Shown one piece after another: positions 48,688 through 59,267 of a stretch of 64,000 bases of DNA. The notes under the pieces are model-generated. The model was not told the DNA's origin, made no database searches, and was given only the letters and a program-made list of their open reading frames with translations. A program made the position numbers and the translations under genes. How positions within the stretch are numbered: position 1 is the first letter of the stretch; the number at the start of each line of letters is the position of its first letter. Origin of the DNA: a virus; IMG/VR virus record IMGVR_UViG_3300025889_017816, positions 32,001 to 96,000 of that record; one strand, written 5' to 3'.

Positions 48688-49472
48688 TATAACTGTTCTT
48701 TAATTTTTAAATAATGGTTAAACAAATATTCTGCAACCAATGAATGTCCAAAATCATTATAATGGCTGAGATCTAGTTCTCCGGTAATACTGTCATAACC
48801 TAGCATAATATTTTGCCAAGATTCTTCAGAATGTATGTGCTCATCTTCCATGTTCTTGTCTGTGTACATTAAAGTCGAACATTTATTACCTATTATCTGC
48901 TCGGCCATTTTTTCCCAAATATTGATTGCTCTATGCCAATATATTAGCAGTTTTATATTGTTCAACTGGCATATTGATTCTATTAAGGTATGATAAACTT
49001 GCCATTTATGTAGGAAGAAAAGTTCGTTTTCTGCGGTTACGGATTCTAATGCGCTTATATATTTTGACATCATTACTTGTTGAAAATCATTAGGGTTGAC
49101 ATTTTTATATGCTGGTAACCCAATCTTGAAATTGTAATACACATAATCTCCTAAATTGGATTCGCGTATTAATGGTAAATCCCCAGGAACGGCGGGGCCA
49201 TGATCTTTTCGTCGTTGTTCTACATCATTTAAAAGAGTCGGAACCTCTTGGCGAGTAGGTTCTGGCCATTGTATAATGACAAGATCACCGGAGACTAGTT
49301 TTCCGTTTGTAATAGCATCAACAACTTCTTTAATAACACGATCATTAGATCCGCAACCCTGTGCTAAATGCAAATAGTTATACCCTAATTTTTCCGCAAG
49401 GACTACACCGTAAGGTCGTAGGACCTTACAATAATCTGAAAAACTACAACCACCTACTGCTAAAGTTGGCAT
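48687..49472 (-). CDS. SGNH-like protein
   Basis: GGCSFS, LA..CGSN.R, IQW....R, D.SH.N..GH. Confidence 0.6.
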   Translation of the reverse strand: MPTLAVGGCSFSDYCKVLRPYGVVLAEKLGYNYLHLAQGCGSNDRVIKEVVDAITNGKLVSGDLVIIQWPEPTRQEVPTLLNDVEQRRKDHGPAVPGDLPLIRESNLGDYVYYNFKIGLPAYKNVNPNDFQQVMMSKYISALESVTAENELFFLHKWQVYHTLIESICQLNNIKLLIYWHRAINIWEKMAEQIIGNKCSTLMYTDKNMEDEHIHSEESWQNIMLGYDSITGELDLSHYNDFGHSLVAEYLFNHYLKIKEQL

Positions 49473-50737
49473 TATTTCCCCTCATAAAAAATTCTATACT
49501 TCTTTTTAAAAATTTGATTTACTGTATTTTTTAAATTTATAAAACTATCCTTCAAATGATCATTATTATAAAAATGTTTCATGTTATGTTCTAAAATAGG
49601 TATATTTTTTAATATAATTTGATTTTTTTGTCTTCTTGATAAAGAAATCCATTTTTCCAATGATTGGTGAGCGCAAAAGAATCTTTCCTTATCATTTTCA
49701 ATATCATCATAACTTTGATCTATACCATAAAAATCCGTTTCATATCCTAAAGTTTGTAAAAATTTTAAAACTCCTTTTTGTCCTAATAATATAAACGGAT
49801 GTCCAGCAACTATAGGTTTAAAAACTTTTTCAGTTATAAACAATCCAGGGTCAAAAAAATTTGTTTCAGTTACGAAAGTTAATAAACTACTTTTATATAT
49901 ATCGTGATTAAATCTGGCTGTTTCATCCAAATATTCAATTTTTTGCGACCAATCACCGTCCACAAATATCGGCAAATTCTCCATCAAAATATCGGTAAAA
50001 TATTTATGATTAATATCAAAATAATTTTCTACCAGCTCTTTCGGGGTCATTGTTTTATTAATATCACATAAACCACTAACCACATTATTTTCAACTAAGT
50101 TTTTATCTATTAAATAAAACAAATGGAAAAACCGTTGTAATCTTCCGGTTCGGTTTAAACTATTAAAAGATTTTGCTTCCAAATCCCTTATTGCTTTTAA
50201 TACCAGCGGATTTTTAGGTATCTTGTTTTCAAAATAAAAAAATCCTGCGAGACCATAACAATGAGCAATTCTTGGGGTTACCTTCTTTTTTATACACCAA
50301 TTTTCATATTCATGATTAAATAATTTATCACCATTGAAAATTAAAACACTAAATGGAGGCAATTCATGCATTTTCATAAAATCATGAATTTTCTGAAACC
50401 CATTAGCTTTTTCATAATTTAAAGATTTTCCTTCTTCCGTATTATCTATCACTAATATTATTTGTTCCTGTTTTAAGGCCTTGATTGTTCTTTCTGGTAT
50501 ATGATTGAGTATATTTTCAGTATGAGGTGTCGCTCCCAGCCAAGTATCTGCATGTTCTCTAACTTTAATAAAATAAATTCCTTTTTCAGGATAAGGTACT
50601 AATCTGCTACGAGACTCCTTAACAACAAAACCTGCCCGCCGTGCTTCTCCGATACTATGTAAAGAATAATCAAAAACTTCTTTTTCCAAATGACTTAAAT
50701 TTCCTAAGTTTTTGTCATCATAATATGCTACAATCAT
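49472..50737 (-). CDS. GT10-like glycosyltransferase-family protein (ET...TEK motif)
   Basis: F.SLNR..R..R, VTET, ITEKVFKPI...HPFILLG, L..LGY.T, D.SYD.I. Confidence 0.55.
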   Translation of the reverse strand: MIVAYYDDKNLGNLSHLEKEVFDYSLHSIGEARRAGFVVKESRSRLVPYPEKGIYFIKVREHADTWLGATPHTENILNHIPERTIKALKQEQIILVIDNTEEGKSLNYEKANGFQKIHDFMKMHELPPFSVLIFNGDKLFNHEYENWCIKKKVTPRIAHCYGLAGFFYFENKIPKNPLVLKAIRDLEAKSFNSLNRTGRLQRFFHLFYLIDKNLVENNVVSGLCDINKTMTPKELVENYFDINHKYFTDILMENLPIFVDGDWSQKIEYLDETARFNHDIYKSSLLTFVTETNFFDPGLFITEKVFKPIVAGHPFILLGQKGVLKFLQTLGYETDFYGIDQSYDDIENDKERFFCAHQSLEKWISLSRRQKNQIILKNIPILEHNMKHFYNNDHLKDSFINLKNTVNQIFKKKYRIFYEGK

Positions 50738-51786
50738 TGGTAATCACCATAAGTATCATTTCGTATAGTGTCCAATGTAACACAATGTGGACCGCCACTC
50801 AAGGTTCTACAGTGTCTCAATCTAATAGGTAACACATCAAAACCGCTAGATTCTAATTGTTTTATGAGCGGTGTTTGTCTTTCTTCTACAGCAACTAAAG
50901 TTTCAGATAAACTTAAAACATTCATGCCTATCCACGGACTTGCTGCTGCCCAGTGTTCTTCATAAGGGGTTTCTATAGGGTCAACACTCCAAATTTTTTC
51001 CCAATTTTTAAAATATGAAGGTAAATTATTTTCGTTTATTCTTTTAGGATTTAATAAAACTTTACCTGGAGCTAAAGGCAAAATAGTAGTATCAACATGA
51101 ATAAAAGCATATATGTTTTCTAAAAGATGAACCTTATATTTTTCACCTAGAAATCTTTGTAGCCATTTTGCTCCTAGTATATTACCTGAATTTGATACTA
51201 AATAAAAAATGTCTTTTCCACACTTAATTACATTTGCAGCATCAAAAGCAATTTCATAATTTGTTAAGGTAGGTTTACTTAAATCTGTTCGGTCATATAA
51301 CTTATTATCTAATTGCGGTTTTGGGGCAGATATCCAATTACTACCCGCATCAAAATATTTCTGAAATAAACTTCTATAAGCAAACGTTTCGAAGTATCTT
51401 GATCTAAGTGGCATAGGTGTTTCAATAATAGTATCACCTATAATTAATACACTATCTCTTGGACAATAAAGATAATAGCCATCAGAAGTCCAATTTGGTG
51501 TTGAAAAAGTATCTGCACAATTTTTAATTTCAGGTCTATAAACAATAATACCTAGATTTTCCAATTGTGTTTGAAAAACATTCAAATCTTCTATGGTCTC
51601 TTCTATGATTTTAGAATCATAATAACCGCTGGGTAAATTATCGGTTTTTTCATAGTTTGCATAATCCACGCAATGCATATCATGTTTTTTAATTGTAGGG
51701 ATATGAGCAAATTCTGCTCTACCTAAAATTATTTCTTTTAAATCGCCCCATTCTGTGTGACAATTAATTTTGTTTAGTGTTTCCAT
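50734..51786 (-). CDS. Amidinotransferase (AGAT / StrB1 family)
   Basis: EW..LKEII.G, YCPRD, RSRYFE, FDAAN, H.DTT, GG.HCVTLD (Asp/His/Cys triad); start ATG 51786. Confidence 0.92.
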   Translation of the reverse strand: METLNKINCHTEWGDLKEIILGRAEFAHIPTIKKHDMHCVDYANYEKTDNLPSGYYDSKIIEETIEDLNVFQTQLENLGIIVYRPEIKNCADTFSTPNWTSDGYYLYCPRDSVLIIGDTIIETPMPLRSRYFETFAYRSLFQKYFDAGSNWISAPKPQLDNKLYDRTDLSKPTLTNYEIAFDAANVIKCGKDIFYLVSNSGNILGAKWLQRFLGEKYKVHLLENIYAFIHVDTTILPLAPGKVLLNPKRINENNLPSYFKNWEKIWSVDPIETPYEEHWAAASPWIGMNVLSLSETLVAVEERQTPLIKQLESSGFDVLPIRLRHCRTLSGGPHCVTLDTIRNDTYGDYQ

Positions 51787-51787
51787 T

Positions 51788-52975
51788 TTAAAATTTCCAC
51801 GGCGTATGTCTGAAATCTGTGATTTCAAAAAATCTATTATAATTGTGCTCTACTATATCTTTTATATTTAATTGCCATTCATGCCATTGCTCTTCAGACA
51901 GATTACATAATCTTTCTATTTCGTCTACAATAGCAGCTAATCTTTTTTTAGGGTCAACAATCGTGTCATAATTCTCATTAATAAAGGGATGGAAGGTTTT
52001 ATATCCTCTATCTCTTAATGCAGATAACATAAAAGCAGAACCAACCAAAATAAATGGATGTTTAACTGATATAGGTTTATAGGTTTTTTCTGTAAAAAAT
52101 TTATGTGATTTATATTCACCATAAGTCCCCATAAAACCGGATTCGTGTGGATAAAAAATTGTTTCAGTTACAACGGAAAAATAACTATTTTCAAAATACT
52201 CCAAATCTTTTGGTGTCATATCAACAGGATTATTTCTGAATTCTGAAACTCCACCCTCTAACCGTAGAGGTAACATATTTTCATTTTCTTTTATTGTATT
52301 GAATACTTTTTCCTCGTAAAAGGGATGTTGGAGTGAATCACCATAGTTATCTAACCACCTTTTAACCCAATTAATATTTGGGGCGTAGCCTGCCCCCGCC
52401 ATCGAATAAAAAGATTGATTTAATAAATTTTTATTTATAACCTTAGATAACAATTCCATTCTATGTAATCTTTCTACCTTATTAAAACATAGAAATTTTT
52501 TTTCTCTTTTTCCAATAAGATAAGAATCAGTTTTAATTTTTGTGCCTTGATAATCTCTAGCAATTTTTTCAAAAACATAATAGGATATTATATTAATTCT
52601 CTCTCTGTAATTTAAACTATTGCAAAATTGATCATAACTTTTAGGACCGTCTAAAGTTCCAGTTGTTAAAAAAATATTTGATGCATCAATGTCTGTATTT
52701 TCTATAACATTATGAATTTTTTTTATGAGAGATATATGTACGGCTTCCATTGAATTAAAAAATATTATTTTTTTATTTTCCTTTAAAACGGCTAGAATAA
52801 TTTCTTTCAATTCTTCATCGGTAAATCTATTAATTTTGTCAGCATAAGCGATAATAATGAAAAAATCATTTTGAAGTTCGCTCAATTCCTTATAAATCAA
52901 AACTAGCAGAAGGAAATAGGTATCTGATTCCTCCTGTAAAAAAGTATATTTTTGATTTATTTCCTGTAGGTTCAT
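51788..52975 (-). CDS. GT10-like glycosyltransferase-family protein
   Basis: KFLCFN...R.HR, YFSVVTET, FTEKTYKPI..KHPFI, LR.RGYKTF...I.E.YD. Confidence 0.55.
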   Translation of the reverse strand: MNLQEINQKYTFLQEESDTYFLLLVLIYKELSELQNDFFIIIAYADKINRFTDEELKEIILAVLKENKKIIFFNSMEAVHISLIKKIHNVIENTDIDASNIFLTTGTLDGPKSYDQFCNSLNYRERINIISYYVFEKIARDYQGTKIKTDSYLIGKREKKFLCFNKVERLHRMELLSKVINKNLLNQSFYSMAGAGYAPNINWVKRWLDNYGDSLQHPFYEEKVFNTIKENENMLPLRLEGGVSEFRNNPVDMTPKDLEYFENSYFSVVTETIFYPHESGFMGTYGEYKSHKFFTEKTYKPISVKHPFILVGSAFMLSALRDRGYKTFHPFINENYDTIVDPKKRLAAIVDEIERLCNLSEEQWHEWQLNIKDIVEHNYNRFFEITDFRHTPWKF

Positions 52976-54201
52976 CTTGTATTGCCATATTGGATAACGA
53001 TAGATTCAGAAATATCTTCTGTTTTTAAATATCTCCAAATATCTATAATAATACTTCCTGGAAGTATATTACAATAAAAATGTTGTTTATCACTACCAAT
53101 TAAATGGCTATGACTATAGGTTGTTGGAGCATGATGAGCAAGAAGAATAACACCATGAGCTTCATTTATCACATCATTAGTAAGAGGGTCAATATATATT
53201 ACCTCATGTCCTTGCTGTTCCACATAATGACCAATTAATAAACTGTAACTGCCTTCTGTGTATGCAACACCTGGCTTATATGCCTTACCATGAATATAAA
53301 TTTTCATATTATTTTTATTGGCTAGGTCAACCATCTTTTCTGCCACACGTTTGGCTTGTAGTTCTCTACTATCCATGATGGCGCCAAATAAATCATAACC
53401 TAAATTTAATTTTTGTGATAACCAACGTAAAGCAATGTTATCACGAGGATGGCAAGCACCTGCATCTCCCATACCCGCTTTCATATAGGCCGGCCCCATG
53501 ATCCGTCGGTCGCTTTCTGCCAAAGCTTTTGTCACCACATCCACATTGATGTTTCCAGATGCTTCTGCTACATCCTGTATCATGTTGACTAATCCAATTT
53601 TAGCAGAGATGAAAGTATTATAAAAAATCTTGATGCATTCTGCTTCATCCCAAGTACCTATGACATATCTTGGGTCATTTTGCATAATAGTTTTATAAAA
53701 ATTTGTTAAAATTTTTGCATCACCTGTAGTGGTTCCATCTTCAGTTCCTATAATAACCATTTCAGGATTAATCATGTCCCAGTTTACAGATCCCATTGCA
53801 ATTAGATATGGGTTGTAAATGAATCTATAATTAGATGTGTGTTTGATAAATTCTCTGCGAGTGGTTCCTGGAAGAACAGTACTAATAAGAACTATTAGTT
53901 GATCTTTAGTGCAATGATTATTCAATTCCTTTAATATATCAATAACTATTGAATAATCAAAATCTTTCGGCTCTAAATGTGCTGTCGGTATTTCACCACC
54001 ATAAGAAGAATCATGAGGTGTTGGGACAGCAATAAAAATTAATTCTCTGTTTTGTACCGCTTCTTTTATAGAAGACAAAACAGAGAATTCTGCTATACCA
54101 TGATCTTCAATATCATATCCTACTACATCATAGCCAGCATTTTTCATTTCGTTTGCACACGGTGCTCCTAATTTACCGCAACCAATCATTGCAACCTTCA
54201 T
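52972..54201 (-). CDS. UDP-glucose/GDP-mannose dehydrogenase family
   Basis: GCGKLG Rossmann motif, FIAVPTP, STV.PGT, YNP, E.IK...N, G.AGACHPRD catalytic Cys. Confidence 0.93.
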   Translation of the reverse strand: MKVAMIGCGKLGAPCANEMKNAGYDVVGYDIEDHGIAEFSVLSSIKEAVQNRELIFIAVPTPHDSSYGGEIPTAHLEPKDFDYSIVIDILKELNNHCTKDQLIVLISTVLPGTTRREFIKHTSNYRFIYNPYLIAMGSVNWDMINPEMVIIGTEDGTTTGDAKILTNFYKTIMQNDPRYVIGTWDEAECIKIFYNTFISAKIGLVNMIQDVAEASGNINVDVVTKALAESDRRIMGPAYMKAGMGDAGACHPRDNIALRWLSQKLNLGYDLFGAIMDSRELQAKRVAEKMVDLANKNNMKIYIHGKAYKPGVAYTEGSYSLLIGHYVEQQGHEVIYIDPLTNDVINEAHGVILLAHHAPTTYSHSHLIGSDKQHFYCNILPGSIIIDIWRYLKTEDISESIVIQYGNTR

Positions 54202-54213
54202 TGATTTAATCTC

Positions 54214-56265
54214 CTAGAAAATGCAATCATCGAAATTGTAATTTTTGTATCTAGCCAAACAACCTAATTGGTCAATAAATGGATTTGTAAGAAATAAAGA
54301 CGAAGCTAAATGTATTTCCTTAGGTAACTCCATATCCTTAGATAATTCCAAACACCTATTATAATTATAATTTATTTTTTCTTCCAAAGATTTATACACA
54401 TCATTTAAATTAGTCAAATTAGAAATTTTAATCATTTCTTGAGCAAACATTTCAGTTTTTATATTTAGATCTTCAATATTATCAAAACTATAATCTATAA
54501 TTTCATCATACAGTTCAAAACCAAGCTCTCTCAAATATTGGTTTATGCCGACATAACCAAGAACTGCGAAAGGTTTTTTAAAAATTAAAGGCTTTATTGT
54601 TTTTTCTGTTATGAATATAACATTGCTCGTGCTTTCCGTAACAAAATCAAAAAATACATCATTATATTCTTTTGGTATTACATAGGATCCCCTATGGGAA
54701 GCCATATTATCTAAATCAATAATTGTTTTTTTGTCAAAATATTCAAAATCAAATTGCATATTTTTTACAAAACCATTTATATCTGCCCAACTAACAACTC
54801 CTTTGTCAAAAAGATTATATTTAGCAATTTTATCAATTAAAAAACATCTATGAATATGTGGGTTATTATTTAAACATATAAAAGGTATGGATATATGTTT
54901 GTTTTCTATAGGTGGCAAAGTTTTTAAAATAGGAGTTGAATATCTAAAATAAAATTTCGGCCAATATTCTACATTTACATTATTGATATTTAAATCTTCT
55001 ATATAATTTTTTATTAGTCCTGACTCTTTACATCCTAAAACAAAGGTTACTTTTATATCATACTGGTTGACTATATTTACAAAATCCTTAGTTGCCCATG
55101 GCTGCCATTCAATTTCTCCCAAAATAATAATTCTTTTGGGTTTTTTATTTTTTATTTCTTCAACTATTTCCTCATAATTTATTTCCGCATAATGAAAATA
55201 TAATTTTTCTGGTCTATAAGTTTTTTGGAAATAAAATTTTTCTTCGTTATCCTCAAAATTATTGAAAATGCCCGCTAAACCTTCATCTCCGGGTAGAGGA
55301 AATTCTTTGTGAGGAAAAGTTTTAAAATACTCTTTTATGTGACTAGGTACTGATTTAGATGATCTTGCAAAATTTTTTGCTAAATTATAATTAAATTCTA
55401 TTTTTTCTTTTATTTTTTCATATAGCCCTTCTAAATCTTCGGAAAAAATTATAGCATGAACATTTTTTAAATACAACTCTATTCTTTTTTCTATATCTTC
55501 TTCATCATCAAAAGAATAATCAAATATTTCATCATATAGTAGAAATCCTAATTCTTGTAGTTTTTTATGTATATTTACAGCTCCTAAAATTAAAAAAGGT
55601 CGTTTACATAAAAGAGGAGTTGCAGTTTTTTCTGAAATAATTGGAACTATTTCATCAGTCTCAGCTACCAAATGCAAAAATCCTTGGAAAAACTTTTCAT
55701 TAAATGAATAGCTTGTTCTATTTTGCAAATATTCATCATCAATATGCAATTTACCACCGTTATAATATTTCCACTTGTATACTTTACTGTAGTTATTTTC
55801 ATCATGAAAAGTAACCAAACCTTTATCTAAAAAACTTTCCTTTTGTAATTCATCTAATAACATACATCTATGTTTTTTTCCTCTACCTATAAAACATAAA
55901 AATGGGTGGGTAAATTTTATATTTGTATGTGATGAGTTTTCATAAAAAATATTTCTTACTGCTTTCATTTGCATATCAGTTTTTACAAAATAAAAAGTTG
56001 GCCATATCTGACATTTAAACAAATCCTCCCTAACACCTAATTCAATTATTCGGTTTTCTAACCATTTTTGATCTAGTGTGCAGGTACTCACAATTATTTC
56101 AATATTATTTTTATTAATATATTCAACCTCTTTTTTGCCGATTATTATATCATACTCATCAAAGTGTAAAAAATATATTTTTTGTGAATTAGATTCCAAT
56201 ATATATTGTTCTATTATTGTTGAATCTGGTTGGTAAGCATAAACAGCTATAGTTTTGTTATCCAT
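54214..56265 (-). CDS. Tandem double-domain GT10-like protein
   Basis: Two copies of PF.C......HR..L.D / (T/S)EKT..PL..K.PF / LGF.LYDEI.DYSFD. Confidence 0.55.
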   Translation of the reverse strand: MDNKTIAVYAYQPDSTIIEQYILESNSQKIYFLHFDEYDIIIGKKEVEYINKNNIEIIVSTCTLDQKWLENRIIELGVREDLFKCQIWPTFYFVKTDMQMKAVRNIFYENSSHTNIKFTHPFLCFIGRGKKHRCMLLDELQKESFLDKGLVTFHDENNYSKVYKWKYYNGGKLHIDDEYLQNRTSYSFNEKFFQGFLHLVAETDEIVPIISEKTATPLLCKRPFLILGAVNIHKKLQELGFLLYDEIFDYSFDDEEDIEKRIELYLKNVHAIIFSEDLEGLYEKIKEKIEFNYNLAKNFARSSKSVPSHIKEYFKTFPHKEFPLPGDEGLAGIFNNFEDNEEKFYFQKTYRPEKLYFHYAEINYEEIVEEIKNKKPKRIIILGEIEWQPWATKDFVNIVNQYDIKVTFVLGCKESGLIKNYIEDLNINNVNVEYWPKFYFRYSTPILKTLPPIENKHISIPFICLNNNPHIHRCFLIDKIAKYNLFDKGVVSWADINGFVKNMQFDFEYFDKKTIIDLDNMASHRGSYVIPKEYNDVFFDFVTESTSNVIFITEKTIKPLIFKKPFAVLGYVGINQYLRELGFELYDEIIDYSFDNIEDLNIKTEMFAQEMIKISNLTNLNDVYKSLEEKINYNYNRCLELSKDMELPKEIHLASSLFLTNPFIDQLGCLARYKNYNFDDCIF

Positions 56266-58166
56266 GATTTTCCAAAATTTCTTCTTCTGTAAAAAAATAT
56301 TTGCTCACAAAATCTATCTAAAGACACGGTTTTATCTTCAGGAAAATCAAATTCATAGGTAGTTGGAACATCTAATTCTGATATATCTTGCATATATCCT
56401 AAGAAATCATAATTAAAAGTTTTTGTTAAAGGATAATTAGTAATTTTTTTATGATCAATTATATAATATTTTTGAAATTCTAATAATTCATCAAGCAAAT
56501 TATCATCCAATGAATATTTTGATTTAACAAAGTTTTTTATTATATCAAAGAAATGTTCATACTTATCTTCAAAATGCATTTTAATAATTGTGCTATGGAT
56601 TAAATTCCAACCATGTATTTCAACTTTTGAAATTGGTTCATGAGCTATTTCTCCGTTGACTGTCCAAATATTGTAATGATGTCGAACAGAATTCATTTCT
56701 TTTTTCAACCAATCATCCTGATGAATATATTCAAAAAGGTTTTCATAAAATTCTGAATAATCTACATTTTTTGCTTTATATAGATATCTACTAATAAAAC
56801 TTGTTAAGCCATTGATATGAAAGGTATTTAAAAACCAAGAAAAAACTTGAGCATCTAACATTTTTTCCCTAGGCATATCCTTTGTTGCTGTAACAACTTC
56901 AATAGATTCTCTTACTTCTCTCTCATTATATGTGCCAACAATATAGTCATAAACCTCAGCACTTTCAATATTGTGTTCTGCTCGTTGTGTTAAATTCATT
57001 TCAGCATTTTCTAATAACTGTGCTTGGTAAACAGTAATACCTGTGTGATTATTTGCTCTAAAAAGTTTATAAAAATTCTCTTTCCATGATTCTAGAGTTT
57101 CTTCTGGCAACCCAAGGATTAATTCTGTATACAAAGGCACTCCTTCTTTTTCACACATTTCAAAAACTTCTTCAATTTTATTCATGCCAAGGTTTTTTCT
57201 TCTTACTGCTGAAAGAACATCTTCATGAAGACTTTGAACACTCAAATTTAAACCAATTTTTGCGCCGCCACCGTCAATAAGTTTTTTTGCAATTTGAATA
57301 ACGGATTTTTTTTGATTTTTAGCCCATGCCAATGTGTAACTTCTTGGATTATTATAGGTTTGTTGAACTTCTATAAGTTTATCAGCAATTCTTGCATCTC
57401 TTTCTTCAAAGATACCGAAATTTGCATCAGTAAAACTAACGAAATCAAAACCATGTTGGCCGGTCCATTCTAATTCATCATAAACTCTTTGTTCATCAAA
57501 AAGTTTTACTTTTGCATAAGTTAAACTACCCCAGTCGCAAAATGTACATTGATATGGACACCCACGATTAGTTTCTATAGTCATGTTCCATCTAACATCA
57601 TCATTTTGCGCAATTAAATCATCAAATAATCCAGACAAATATGGGCTAGGTATAGTATCTAGTTCGCTAATTCTATCAGCGATTCCTGTGGTTATTGCCT
57701 TACCATTTTCGTTTATTACAAGGCCTCTTATTTTATAAAAATCTTCAGGGGAAGATGCTTCAAGAACCTTTTTAAATGTTATCTCACCTTCTCTGATAAC
57801 AGCTAAATCTATAAAGGAAAATCTTTCAAAAATATCTTTTTTTTCAATTGGTGGTTCAGGACCACCAAATATTATTAACATATTTGGGTTAACTTTTTTT
57901 AATTCTTTGGCTAATTTGTAGTTATAATTTCTATTCCAAATATAAGTACTGAAACCAACTATATCATGATTTTTTAATCTCTCCACTACCTCATCAATTT
58001 CCTCTCTTCTCCAAATAAATTCACCTAATTCATATTTTTCACGGATATTATCAAATTGATTAACATATGACCAAATAATACCTGCACTATATGGTAGGTA
58101 ATAAGCATTGAACTCTTTAGGTCCTTGGTTGAAATTTGGATTCACAAAACTTATAATTTTTTTCAT
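56247..58166 (-). CDS. B12-binding radical SAM enzyme
   Basis: GFS.YIWN, GGP, EGE, PSPYL.G, ETNRGCPYQCTFCDW (CxxxCxxC), DANFG, ELILGLP.ET. Confidence 0.92.
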   Translation of the reverse strand: MKKIISFVNPNFNQGPKEFNAYYLPYSAGIIWSYVNQFDNIREKYELGEFIWRREEIDEVVERLKNHDIVGFSTYIWNRNYNYKLAKELKKVNPNMLIIFGGPEPPIEKKDIFERFSFIDLAVIREGEITFKKVLEASSPEDFYKIRGLVINENGKAITTGIADRISELDTIPSPYLSGLFDDLIAQNDDVRWNMTIETNRGCPYQCTFCDWGSLTYAKVKLFDEQRVYDELEWTGQHGFDFVSFTDANFGIFEERDARIADKLIEVQQTYNNPRSYTLAWAKNQKKSVIQIAKKLIDGGGAKIGLNLSVQSLHEDVLSAVRRKNLGMNKIEEVFEMCEKEGVPLYTELILGLPEETLESWKENFYKLFRANNHTGITVYQAQLLENAEMNLTQRAEHNIESAEVYDYIVGTYNEREVRESIEVVTATKDMPREKMLDAQVFSWFLNTFHINGLTSFISRYLYKAKNVDYSEFYENLFEYIHQDDWLKKEMNSVRHHYNIWTVNGEIAHEPISKVEIHGWNLIHSTIIKMHFEDKYEHFFDIIKNFVKSKYSLDDNLLDELLEFQKYYIIDHKKITNYPLTKTFNYDFLGYMQDISELDVPTTYEFDFPEDKTVSLDRFCEQIFFYRRRNFGKSWITKL

Positions 58167-58169
58167 ATT

Positions 58170-59267
58170 TTAATCCTCAATAAATTTATAAAAAGCTTCT
58201 TTCCTTTTTTCATCCACACTATCAATCATATTTTTCATATTTAAATAATTTTTATGTGCTCGTTCTGAAAAATTATTTATTAATACAGAATAATCTTCAA
58301 CATTTTTATCTAAAAGGTAATTATATACTCTTTCAATTTCATTCCCAATCAATTTTATTCTTACATAAGGATCATGCTCTTTATCATAAGAATGATCAAT
58401 AAAATCATCAAAAATATCAAACCCCAAACTTCTAAGATATTCAGCATATCCTTCGGGTGCTACAAAAATAGGAACTTGGTGACAAAAAAATGCCTTGCTG
58501 GTTTTTTCTGTGAAGAAATGTCTATTCCAAGATTCACATATAGGTAAAAGTGTACCTTCAGGAGAAATTACAGGTGAATAATCATACCCAGATTCCATTA
58601 CCACATTTATTAGAGCAGACACCCAAATCGAAAGATGTTTATGTGAATCATCATAATGTTCTAGGATATTTATTTTCCCAAAAGGAGTTAATGGGAATAT
58701 TTTTCTCACATCTTCAGGTAATAAAGAAAGGTAATTTTCTAACATTCCTTCTTGTTCTAATGCTGCACCGCAGGTTATTATTGTTTTATCAGATAAATGC
58801 AGGTTCCTTTTAATTAATTCATAAGTCATCAAAACCCTAAAAGGTCTAGCAATTCTTGCTAATGAGATCAAGATTTTATCTTTTTTAACTACTGTTTCAG
58901 GATAAAAACCGGAAGTGCCAACAACACCAACATTTACCATAGAAAGATGATGCCATTTTCTAGATAAGGGATTAATAAGAGCTCCACAATCTACAAATAA
59001 CATATCTTTTTCTTCTATACCTAAATTTTGTAATATTCTAGATATTTCAAACCAATATGAAGAAAAAAATGCTTCAGTACAAATATGAATAATAATTTTA
59101 TCCATATCTTTAATAGTTTCTTTGTTTTCTTCAATTAATTTTAATACCCGGTCATATGCACTACCTTCTTGAATTATAAAAATTTTTTTATTTATATCTG
59201 AAATTGGATATTCCCAATCCCTGCTGAAAAAACCAATAGAAACGTCACAATGATGATTATGTATCAT
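58170..59267 (-). CDS. GT10-like glycosyltransferase-family protein
   Basis: L.R..RP.R, INVVMES, FTEKTSK.F...Q.PI, LR.LGFD.FDD.IDHSYD. Confidence 0.5.
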   Translation of the reverse strand: MIHNHHCDVSIGFFSRDWEYPISDINKKIFIIQEGSAYDRVLKLIEENKETIKDMDKIIIHICTEAFFSSYWFEISRILQNLGIEEKDMLFVDCGALINPLSRKWHHLSMVNVGVVGTSGFYPETVVKKDKILISLARIARPFRVLMTYELIKRNLHLSDKTIITCGAALEQEGMLENYLSLLPEDVRKIFPLTPFGKINILEHYDDSHKHLSIWVSALINVVMESGYDYSPVISPEGTLLPICESWNRHFFTEKTSKAFFCHQVPIFVAPEGYAEYLRSLGFDIFDDFIDHSYDKEHDPYVRIKLIGNEIERVYNYLLDKNVEDYSVLINNFSERAHKNYLNMKNMIDSVDEKRKEAFYKFIED

